From: Octopus sinensis
Taxonomy: Eukaryota
Assembly (NCBI RefSeq): GCF_006345805.1
Contig: NW_021823782.1
Location: forward strand, 1-21,443
DNA: 21,443 nucleotides
Direction of reading: 5' to 3'
Shown here: piece after piece, positions 1 to 9,273 of the stretch
How the letters are laid out: the number at the start of each line of letters is the position of its first letter
How positions within the stretch are numbered: the first letter of the stretch is position 1
Position numbers and translations under genes: made by a program
The notes under the pieces: generated by a model
The model's database searches: none
What the model was told of the DNA's origin: nothing
What the model saw: the letters and a program-made list of their open reading frames with translations, nothing else

Positions 1-68
1 CACAGTCTGGTTAAGGAATCGAACTCACTACCTCCTCATTGTGAGCCCGACGCTCTAATCACTGAGGT
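1..68 (-). mobile_element. tRNA-derived SINE (family A) 5' head fragment, cut by the window edge
   Basis: The reverse complement has A-box-like (CCTCAGTGATTAG) and B-box-like (GTTCGATTCC) motifs. It is 66/68 identical to 674-741. Confidence 0.8.
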
Positions 69-448
69 GTGGAGGCGCAATGGCCCAGTGGCTAGGGCAG
101 CGGACTCGCGGTCATAGGATCGCGGTTTCGATTCCCAGACCGGGCGTTGTGAGTGTTTATTGAGCGAAAACACCTAAAAGTTCCACGAGGCTCCGGCAGG
201 GGATGGTGGTGATCCCTGCTGTACTCTTTCACCGCAACTTTCTCTCACTCTTACTTCCTGTTTCTGTTGTACCTGTATTTCAAAGGGCCGGCCTTGTCAC
301 TCTCTGTGTCACGCTGAATATCCCCGAGAACTACGTTAAGGGTACACGTGTCTGTGGAGTGCTCAGCCACTTACACGTTAATTTCACGAGCAGGCTGTTC
401 CATTGATCGGATCAACTGGAACGCTCGTCGTCGGAACCGACGGAGTGC
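69..448 (+). mobile_element. tRNA-derived SINE (family B), near full length
   Basis: Starts GTGGAGGCGCAA, with A box TGGCCCAGTGG (81-91) and B-box-like GGTTTCGATTCCC (124-136). The body at 143-266 matches 10456-10576 on the opposite strand. Confidence 0.85.
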
Positions 449-449
449 T

Positions 450-748
450 TCCATTCCATATACAGATGAGAGAACTGGAGCAACATGAAATAAAGTGTCT
501 GTTTCTTTATTGGGGGCTAAACACAGAGGGGACAAACAAGGACAGACAAACGGTTAAGTCGATTACATCGACCCCAGTACGTAACTGGTACTTAATTTAT
601 CGATCCTGAAAGAATGAAAGGCAAAGTCGACCTCGGCGCATGAAATAAAGTGTCTTGCTCAAGAACACAAACGCACAGGCTGGTTAAGGAATCGAACTCA
701 CTACCTCATCATTGTGAGCCCGACGCTCTAATCACTGAGGTATGCGCC
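450..748 (-). mobile_element. SINE family A 5' half, interrupted by a nested SINE
   Basis: After removing 501-655 the sequence is colinear with the family A copy at about 3405-3540 (CTGGAGCAAC-TGAAATAAAGTGTCTTGCTCAAGAAC). The tRNA-like head ends at 748. Confidence 0.85.
501..638 (-). mobile_element. 5'-truncated SINE (family C) with a perfect 17-bp target site duplication
   Basis: CATGAAATAAAGTGTCT occurs at 484-500 and 639-655. The core GAAAG(G/A)ATGAAAGGCAAAGTCGACCTCG is shared with 5314-5341. Confidence 0.85.
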
Positions 749-1157
749 TTCGTTTGAAATTTGAAATACTGATTGCGATAACACTTCTTTGTTTCACTTG
801 TAAATGAGAGGGGTAGGTGCGGCGTGTATAATCCAAATCTCAGTGGAAAGAAAATAAACCAAGATACGCTCAGTAGTTTTTAATTAATGGTAATTATCGT
901 TGTTTATTTAAACTAAGTGAGGAGTGAAGAACTGAATAAAGTTAGTGGGATTAATTACAAGAGACAACAGATTTCTATCGGAAATGATTTTAGGTGAACT
1001 AGAAATCATTTTGATGCTTCGTTGTTTTTTTGTTTTTTTAAACATTTACAAATTTTAAAACGAGACCGATTATTTTTGCATAATTATATTTGATATATCT
1101 AATCTGTCATTTAATCAGCATATATGTTGAATTTAAAAAGCGTAGAGGCTTACACAA

Positions 1158-1158
<1 letters not shown>

Positions 1159-1188
<30 letters not shown>

Positions 1189-1215
1189 TTACATATACAT
1201 ACATACGCACACAAA
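1159..1215. repeat. (CA)n microsatellite
   Basis: Directly visible tandem CA with degenerate flanks. A second (CA)n lies at about 1833-1870. Confidence 0.95.
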
Positions 1216-1330
1216 CACCCATACACATATATGTACGTACGAATTTGTTCGTGTACGTATGTATTATGTGTGCATGTATATCACTTGTCTCGGTCTACAT
1301 TTTGCGAATATTAATGCCATATAAGTACGA

Positions 1331-1388
1331 TGGGTTCTGAACCCAGAACCATGTGGTTCGTAAGCAAGCTACTTACCACGCAGCCACT
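1331..1388 (-). mobile_element. SINE family D head fragment
   Basis: AACCCAGAACCATGTGGTTCGTAAGCAAGCTACTTACCACGCAGCCACT is nearly identical to 6131-6179. Confidence 0.85.
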
Positions 1389-1949
1389 CTAACTTAGGTA
1401 AATAGATTATATTTTTTATTAAACATAACTAGTCCAGGAATCTTTTGACACCTCCTTGTATATTTAGTACTAAGAATGAAGGAGAGTGAGTTATTGCTGG
1501 AGTGCAAAACTTTACTCTTCATAGAAAAATTAAACAAAAGAGAGAAAATTAGAAAGCAGCCTTTTGATAAGTATTTGTGGTATAATTCCTCACAGATATA
1601 CTGAGATTTAACTACATTTAAACCGATACCAATCTTTGTCCATTTGCTGATAGCGGTCGATTAATATAATAATACGATGCTATTAATTTTCGTGTTTATC
1701 TTTCGTTATCTCACACCATAATCTAGGCTATTACTTACATACGTTGTATATGCCTACAAGCAAATGTACATACTTACGCATTCAAACAGACCAAGTTTAA
1801 TTATGTATTGTACACATAAATGAATATGCGTATACACACACACACACACACACTCACACACACATACACACATGTATGAACGTATATATCGTATAAACAT
1901 ACATATGCATAGTATAAATACATACATACATACAGATATATATATATAA

Positions 1950-2221
1950 CGTGAGGTTGTGAGTTCGAATCCCGGACCAGTGTTGCGTGTTGTGTTCTTG
2001 AGCAAGACACTTTATTTCACGTTCTTCCAGTTCACTCAGCTGTAGGAATGTGTTGCGACGTCACTGGTGCTAAGCTGTATCGGTCCCCTTGCCTTTCCCT
2101 TGGATAACATCGGTGGCGTGGAGAGGGGTCTTCCATAAACAACCATGCCCGGACTTGTGCCTCGGAGGGTAACTTTCTAGGTGCAATTCCATGGTCAGTC
2201 ATAACCGCATGGGGTCCCCTC
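1950..2221 (+). mobile_element. SINE family A, lacking the A box and with a ~27-bp internal deletion
   Basis: B box GTTCGAATCC at 1963-1972. It is the reverse complement of 3206-3503, except that AGGCTGGTATGCATGGCGGACTGCTGG is missing near 2128. Confidence 0.85.
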
Positions 2222-2222
2222 C

Positions 2223-2260
<38 letters not shown>

Positions 2261-2488
2261 AATATATATATATAATATATATATAATAATTATAATTTAG
2301 GGTATCTAAGAGATACCACCACGCTGAAATAGCACCAAAACTTGACTCTAAAATCACATTAAAAGTTCATACAGCACCATATAATTTTAATAATAATTAT
2401 TACCTTTGAAGGGTTTTATTCCCATGCTGGCCACTTGATAAGTTCGATATTTGAATAACGATCTTACCCCTTATATATATATATATAT

Positions 2489-2681
2489 GATTGATCGTTA
2501 GCCACTACACACATTTTTTTTCTCATTTTTTCTCTCCTTGTTTTTTCTGTGTCTCTTTCTGTAGAAGAGCGTAGGCTCGAAACGTAAAAGACTTTTTCTA
2601 TTCCTGAGCGTTATACTAATACATCTGTTTGTTTTGTACACCACCTGTCTTCGTCTTATGTTTTTTTTCGTAAACTCTCCC
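2489..2681 (+). mobile_element. Probable Penelope-like element terminal repeat (pLTR) fragment in (TA)n
   Basis: A discrete module bounded by (TA)n on both sides. It contains a CTGNNGAAG-hairpin-GAAACGT motif of the kind found in Penelope-like terminal repeats. No ORF evidence. Confidence 0.5.
2554..2591 (+). ncRNA. Minimal type I hammerhead ribozyme-like motif with a variant core
   Basis: Stem I UCUUU (2554-2558) / AAAGA (2587-2591); core CUGUAGA (2559-2565; consensus CUGANGA); extra A; stem II GAGC-GUAG-GCUC; GAA; palindromic ACGU; GUA cleavage triplet (A at 2586). Confidence 0.5.
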
Positions 2682-2705
2682 TATATATTTATATATATAT
2701 ATATA

Positions 2706-2759
<54 letters not shown>

Positions 2760-2944
2760 GTGTGTGTGTGTGTATATATGTAGTATATATGTATATATAA
2801 TATATATATATATATAATATATATATATATATAATATTATATATCAATATACATACACCACGTTTTATGCATTTGTTTGTAAGATTCCTATTATGAACTC
2901 GTGTCTTGCAACAGATACTGTTTTATATAGGGATTTACATCTTT

Positions 2945-3115
2945 TGCTTCTTTCAGTCATTTGACTGTAGTCAAACTGGAGCATCGTCTTTATATTTATA
3001 TTAATAAGCCTAATACTTTTTCTATCGGTCTCTTTTGCCGAACCACTAGGTTTGGGGACGTAACCATACCAACATCGGTTGTCAAGCGATGGTGAGGAGA
3101 CAAACACAGACAATA
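2945..3115 (-). mobile_element. SINE family D 3' part
   Basis: Colinear with about 5805-5995 (TTTCAGTCATTT...TCTCTTTT.CCGAAC...CCAACATCGGTTG...CAAACACAGAC). Confidence 0.85.
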
Positions 3116-3120
3116 CATTG

Positions 3121-3161
<41 letters not shown>

Positions 3162-3205
3162 ATATATATATATATATATTATATATATATATTATATATA
3201 TATAT

Positions 3206-3540
3206 GAGATTGGCCCCCTTCGGTCAGACACTGACCATGGGTTTGCACCTAGAGAGTTACTCTCTGAGGCACAAGTCGGGCAAGGTTGTTTTATGGAAGA
3301 CCAGCAGTCCGCCATGCATACCAGCCTCCCCTCTCCACGTCACCGATGTTGTCCAAGGGAAAGGCAAGGGCCGATACAGCTTGGTACCTGTGACGTCGCA
3401 ACTCATTTCTACAGCTGAGTGGACTGGAGCAACGTGAAATAAAGTGTCTTGCTCAAGAACCCAACACGCAGCCTGGTCCGGGATTCGAGCTCACAACCTC
3501 ACGATCGTAAGCTCGACCTCTAACCACTGAGACACGCGCC
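3206..3540 (-). mobile_element. SINE family A, near full length
   Basis: The reverse complement begins GGCGCGTGTCTCAGTGGTTAG (A box) and has B-box-like GCTCGAATCCC. Homologous to 450-748 and 1950-2221, and flanked by (TA)n on both sides. Confidence 0.9.
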
Positions 3541-3547
3541 TTCACTA

Positions 3548-3613
<66 letters not shown>

Positions 3614-3990
3614 ATAATATATCTATATATATATGTACATCCTATAACCTCTACAGCAACTCTCCATCCCACGTGTCCTATTTACTCCGTTCTATCTTTC
3701 TGTAGTGTGTATCCTTATCTGGACTAGACAGACAGGAGGAGACACATGGGATTGACAGTCGATGAAAAGGTCACCGGACGTGTGACGAGGAATTTCAGAC
3801 AAAGGACACTAAAATAATAATAATAATAAAGCTGAAGTGAAGACCAGATATATTGTAAGTGTAGTCATTTAGAAAAAAAATGACCATCCCGGAATATATA
3901 TCTACACACACAAGCGCACACACACACGCACTCCCACACACACGCAAACACACATACACAGGCACAAACACACATGCACATATAACCATA

Positions 3991-4191
3991 CACGAGGGGA
4001 AGCTGAAAAGTTCCTGGTTTTTAAGGGTATCGCGATCGCGAAAGGCCTGGCTGGAGGCCCAACCTTCTGAGTTATTTTACAGGGCTTAGGAAAACTGGAG
4101 AACCGCTGCAATAAATGTGTGAATCTAAAAGGGGGATATGTTGAATAAAATCATAATTAACTGATACTCCTGAATTTTCTTTTACCCAAAG
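3991..4191 (+). mobile_element. Internally deleted Tc1/mariner element (MITE-like) with one terminal inverted repeat missing
   Basis: TA followed by the mariner-type end CACGAGGGGAAGCTGAAAAGTTCCTGG. 4077-4148 translates to LQGLGKLENRCNKCVNLKGGYVE*, matching the mariner transposase C-terminal pattern G..KL..R..KC....G.YVE*. Confidence 0.75.
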
Positions 4192-4195
4192 AGTA

Positions 4196-4211
4196 TTATA
4201 TATACATATAC

Positions 4212-4257
<46 letters not shown>

Positions 4258-4363
4258 GTCGATATACATGCATATATATATACATATCTATACATATATA
4301 TACATATATATATACATATATAAAACATATATATACTATATATATATATATACATATATATCT

Positions 4364-4457
<94 letters not shown>

Positions 4458-4495
4458 TATGTGTGTTTATATATATATGTGTGTGTATTTAATAT
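4196..4495. repeat. (TA)n/(CATA)n compound microsatellite
   Basis: Directly visible. Confidence 0.95.
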
Positions 4496-4789
4496 ACTCC
4501 TATGTCTATTTATAATTGTTAAAGAGGACAGCAAATCGTAAGGCAAGACAAACATTACAAGTCATATACGTTATTATTTTTGGAAACATTCAGAGTCTTA
4601 CAGTTGTTTCTGGGATATCCTGTCATCGGAGACAAACAGGGAAAAGGAGAATGGTATAGATAAATGAAATGATGACATAGAGGATAGGCGAAAAGGACAA
4701 AGGGGATGAAGAAAAAGAAGAAAGAAAGAAAAAAGAAGCATAAAAGTTCACAGTTAAACTTTATATTTATATATAGGTTTGGTGATGCT

Positions 4790-4812
4790 CTGTGTGTGTG
4801 TGAGAGAGAGAA

Positions 4813-4863
<51 letters not shown>

Positions 4864-4873
4864 AAGAGAGAGA
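4790..4873. repeat. (TG)n-(GA)n microsatellite
   Basis: Directly visible, with periodic GAAA interruptions. Confidence 0.95.
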
Positions 4874-5180
4874 CCGTGCATGCACGCGCGTGTGTGTGTG
4901 TAATTAGACACCTCTCATTATGTAGTTGTATCTGTGCAGATAGTTCCGGGTGTTTTAAACTCGTTATTGTATTACTAACAAGGCATGTCTACTAAATACT
5001 AGGTTAAATATTTGAATTAATCAAATAACATTATTTTGTTTCGTGAGTTAATCTGAACGTATGTACGTATATGTGTATAAACATTAACAAGCAAGTCGTT
5101 TAATTGCAACTGGATGTATTGCATAACTCCACAATTGTTTCATGATGTTTCATGAAAAATTTATTTCTGGACTATTATAT

Positions 5181-5427
5181 AATACAACTTCAAATTACTG
5201 GTACAAGGTCAGTAATTTCAGGGGAGTGGAAGTCGATTATATCGAACCCAGAGCTCAAATGGTATTTATTTTGTTGATCCCAGTGCCCAACTAGCACTTA
5301 TTTTATCGACGCCGAAAGGATGAAAGGCAAAGTCGACCTCGCAGAACTTGAGCTCAAAATGTATAGACGGATGAAACGCCTCTAAGCATTTTGTCCAACA
5401 TGCTAATAATTCTGCTAGTTCACCGCC
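5181..5427 (-). mobile_element. SINE family C-related, full length, with an internal 32-bp tandem duplication
   Basis: The reverse complement begins GGCGGTGAACTAGCAGAAT (A-box-like) and has GAGCTCAAGTTC (B-box-like). It shares a core with 501-638 but has a different 3' tail. Confidence 0.8.
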
Positions 5428-5783
5428 CTAATGGAATGTTATATGATATACGAAATGACACAGCAAATCAATATTATTCCAGCACTAAAGGAAAATATCG
5501 ACTCTTCAGGTGTATGTATAAACTGGATTTGCTGAATGAGCCCCAAAAATGTGTGTGTGTGTGAGGTAGTGGCTGGGTGTGTATGTATGTATGTGTAAAT
5601 GTCTGTGCGTATGTGCATGTGTGCATGAGAGTTTTTTTTAAAGAAGAGAACGTGTCAACCAGAGTGGGAATTGGCAGCTATTTTTAGTAGGTGGAATGCC
5701 TGCGTAAAGTATCCATCTCTGTCCCTGAGAAATTTTATTGTTATTAGTATTATTGTACATTTCACTTCTTGGACATCAACCTG

Positions 5784-6188
5784 TTTACTCTTTTACTCTT
5801 TTTACTTGTTTCAGTCATTTTGATCGCGGCCATGCTGGAGCACATCCTTTAGTCGAGCAAATCGACCCCAGGACTTATTCTTTGTAAGCCTACTACTTTT
5901 TCTATTGGTCTCTTTTACCGAACTGCTAAGTTACGGGGACCTAAATACACCAACATCGGTTGACAAGCCATGTTGGGCGGGGGGACAAACACAGACACAC
6001 AAACATACACACAAACACACACACACACACACACTCACACACACACACACTCACACACACACACACTCACACACACACACACATATATATACATATATAC
6101 GACGGCCCAAAGTGCTACGCAGTGGGAATAAACCCGGAACCATGTGGTTGGTAAGCAAGCTACTTACCACACAGCCACTGCTGCGCCT
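5784..6188 (-). mobile_element. SINE family D with an internal (CA)n/(TA)n module and a ~70-bp internal deletion
   Basis: Head AGGCGCAGCAGTGGCTGTGTGGTAAG on the minus strand and a short (AGAGTAAA)n tail at about 5784-5805. The segment present at 11377-11445 is absent at the 6105/6106 junction. Confidence 0.88.
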
Positions 6189-6689
6189 ATGTTGCCAAGA
6201 ATCTTATAGCATCTTCTTCCACGATACTTAACATCCAAGTACCTATCTCAAAATCTTATACTCCTGAGGATTCAGGGAAATTTCGGACAGTAAGATTCTT
6301 CAATTATCCCTAGAAGTCTTCCTGTATCAGGAGGGCCACATCTCTATCATCTTTCCACTACCTTTTCATTTTTTTCTTTATTCTTAAACTTTTGCATGCA
6401 ATGTATATGTCCCTTCTTCTCCAATGTATACTTAATTTGTTTCTTTGCATTTTTTATTATTCACCCTTGTGGGAAATAAATGAAGTCATCATCATCACCA
6501 TCACCATCATTATTATTACTGTTTTTTCCTTTCCTTCTTCAAATTTTCTTCCATTTCTCGCCGAGTGTTTTCCGTACATCTAGAGCAGAGAAGCTCATTG
6601 TATGCATTCCCAGATTACACACGCAAATTCACAGGTAAAATATGTATTTAAAATAAATGAATAAATAAATAAATAAATAAATAAATTCA

Positions 6690-6942
6690 TGAATGGATGT
6701 TGTTTTCACAGCGAGTCGTTCTAGTTAACACAATTTTTTGCATTTCCTGTAGGGATAGTAAGTCTGGTATCATTTTCAAATAGGTTTCAGTACCTTTTTT
6801 TATCATTCCTAGAGATCCTACAATCACTGGTATTGTAGTCGCCTTGAGATGCCACATTTTTTCAATTTCTATTAGCAAGTCTTTATATTTACTGATCTTG
6901 TCAAATTCTTTCGCCGCTATATTGTAATCGCAAGGAATACTC
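6690..6942 (-). mobile_element. RLE-type non-LTR retrotransposon 3' fragment (R4/Dong-like endonuclease C-terminus)
   Basis: The minus frame reads SIPCDYNIAAKEFDKISKYKDLLIEIEKMWHLKATTIPVIVGSLGMIKKG...LQEMQKIVLT, homologous to the RLE C-termini at 13493-13727 and 13784-13980. It is followed on the minus strand by a (TTTA)n tract. Confidence 0.85.
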
Positions 6943-6978
6943 AAGCTTAGAGAATATGCAGATTTGAGAAAAGAATCA

Positions 6979-7013
<35 letters not shown>

Positions 7014-7036
7014 CATTATTATTATTATTATTATTA

Positions 7037-7462
7037 AGAAAACAGCGCATGCCATAAAAGTGATACTGGGGTAACATATACGAAGCCCAATGTGCCCATC
7101 ATGACAACTCGTCTGATAAGGGCATACAAGGCACATGAATCACAACCATATGTAAGCGACATGGGGATCACATATAAGGATAAACAGCGTATGACCTTGC
7201 AGATGGTGCCCCGTTTGAAATTTCTTCAGATCAAATAGCCCATCCCGCTTAAAAGGTCCCTGAATAAGGTTTGTTTAAGGATAATGAACGAAACATCTAT
7301 GTTTCCAGAGGTGAATTATTCAAGCCTCAAAGAATTCCTCTCAACACATGGCTATGATGCTTCCCTACAACTTCTGCTCGTGATCAGAGATGCACATATC
7401 GTTAGCCACTAAAGGAGTGCTCAAGTGTTTATGGTCAAATCTGTGGTATTGAGCAGAATATT
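7037..7462 (-). mobile_element. Unclassified ~480-bp interspersed repeat, copy 1 (truncated)
   Basis: Colinear with 19350-19800 (roughly 80% identical by eye, not computed) and abuts (ATT)n at 6979-7036. The strand is inferred from the position of the (TAA)n tail. Confidence 0.75.
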
Positions 7463-7464
7463 GG

Positions 7465-7900
7465 ATCCGGCTATCAGCAGACTGCTTCATGAAGATTGTG
7501 TCGCTACCTTCCTTTGGTCGGGAAGGATGGGAAACTTACCTCCCTCTGGTAGTTATAGGGAAAGAGATTGGGTGGTGGACAAAACTAAACAGATTTAAGA
7601 CAGACACTTTCCTCTTCAGCTAAAGCCTCAATGACTTTTTAAAATTCCATTTGAAAAGGAAGGTGAGGACTGAGATGGACGTGCTGAAAGTAGATTTGTT
7701 GAAAGGTGGGGGAATGTGGCGCGGATGGATTATGTGAATGGGACTACTATAAGCTGGAGCCTGTAGACTAAGGAGTACAGAGGAGAGACGAGCACTTGCC
7801 CTGTTGCTTCCGCTATGCCCGGGAACTGCGGGGCTATGTGGTTGCCCCCAGGGTTGCGTTGTCCCACGTTTTGTTTCGAAAATTGTTATTGTTTTATTCC
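7465..7900 (+). mobile_element. Probable L1/Tx1-like LINE ORF2 C-terminus plus 3' UTR, decayed
   Basis: Reads IRLSADCFMKIVSLPSFGREGWETYLPLVVIGKEIGWWTKLNRFKTDTFLFS*SLNDFLKFHLKRKVRTE, then after a frameshift SRFVERWGNVARMDYVNGTTISWSL* (stop 7764-7766). It resembles the K..IW..R...F...W end of L1/Tx1 ORF2; this is recognition only. Confidence 0.5.
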
Positions 7901-9273
7901 TTACACTTTCAGTTTGAATGTCTAAAGAATTGTTGAGGCAAACCTAGGGGGGAAAGTATAAAGAGACATCTATAGAGATGTATTGACAAAAGGAATGATT
8001 GACCCTTTCTAAACTATGTTGTACAGTCTAGAACCTGATCGAAAGGATTCGACACAATGTAGAATGAGAGAGATGGTAAAAGAGTATGAAAGATAGGAAA
8101 ACGAAAAGACGCAAAAGATTAGCAGGAAGTGCTACGCAACTAGCAAATTCAGAGAAAGGAAAAAGTTATCGTAGCAAAAGAAGGCCCAGACTTAAAAGAA
8201 TTAAACATTGCTTATGGCATTCCATATCATTTGATACCATTAATGAAAGATCTTTAGAATGATGATAAAACATAATGATGTTCAAAAAATCTGCGAACAT
8301 ATCTGGTCACTGCATTTCCTTACACTCAAAGATTGCAAATCATAATTAACGTGCCACACAGTTCAACGCTTACAAACGAAATTTTATCAATGTATCCCCA
8401 CCTTTTCTAGAAAACAATAAAGTCGGAAAATAACGGAAAAAAGATGGTTGATCTAAAAATTTTCACACCTCACTTACTCTGCAATAATTTAAAATTATTA
8501 CTTTCCTGCCCTCTTAGGTGGGTCCGGCTTAATTGCAATGGTGAGATATTTACAAAAACAATTGAATGTACCCGATTGTCTGCTATTCCACCATAATAAT
8601 AACACACACAAACAACAGAAAACGTAGCTGAAAATATTTCTCAATTTACGCCAGGTTATCTTAAAAGAAGAACGTTGAATAATGTAGTAAGTGATCCGGC
8701 AAATCTACAAAAATAAATTAACAAACAAGACAGGAACGGCTTCATCAAACAGAACTGCTCGTTCAAAACTTTACACGGAGATAAACAACAACACAATCGC
8801 TTATAAAGCTTTCATAATACCTACACAGCTCCTTCAACTTGTTAAATGATAATCACGCAATAAGCCATTGCTGCCACAGTTACTATGAACTACATCAATT
8901 AAAGAATGATGATACATTTATTTTCTGCAATATGCAATTAAAAGTATATTCACACATATTTTAATAAGCAAATACCAAATAAATATATAAACACGTAGGA
9001 GAATATTTATTTGAACGGAAGAATGTATTTTCCTAGGCATCCATACATCAGGTTGTTATAAACCTTGTGCTGTCCACACTACAATTCTCTAGAGTAAACG
9101 TTTCAAAATACGTATGTTATTAAATTTGTTAGTCTCTAGCAGCAGCCGGAAACAGCTTAGTCTACTTCCGTTTCGTTGAAGGAATCACATACTAGCCTAG
9201 AGATTTTCTGTCAATATTTTCTTCTGAAAAAAACTTCTAACAATTCCATCTCATAAATAAATAACTTTCACTA

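Larger units (their letters stand above)
2223..3632. repeat. Cluster of (TA)n tracts (2223-2295, 2471-2488, 2682-2845, 3120-3205, 3546-3632) separating inserted modules
   Basis: Directly visible imperfect TA arrays. Confidence 0.95.

Noticed and set aside
69-140. tRNA-like sequences at SINE heads (also 674-748, 3470-3540, 6120-6188, 11460-11525)
   Set aside because: They continue into SINE bodies and do not form complete cloverleaves, so they are not tRNA genes.
203-609. ORFs 203-406, 403-609, 3204-3437 and 10308-10631
   Set aside because: They lie essentially within SINE sequence and are chance frames.
3756-3790. GATGAAAAGGTCACCGGACGT, a possible decayed hammerhead; also a good acceptor at 3704-3705
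   Set aside because: It lacks the CUGA and GAAA cores. The putative exon has stops in all frames and only a weak donor.
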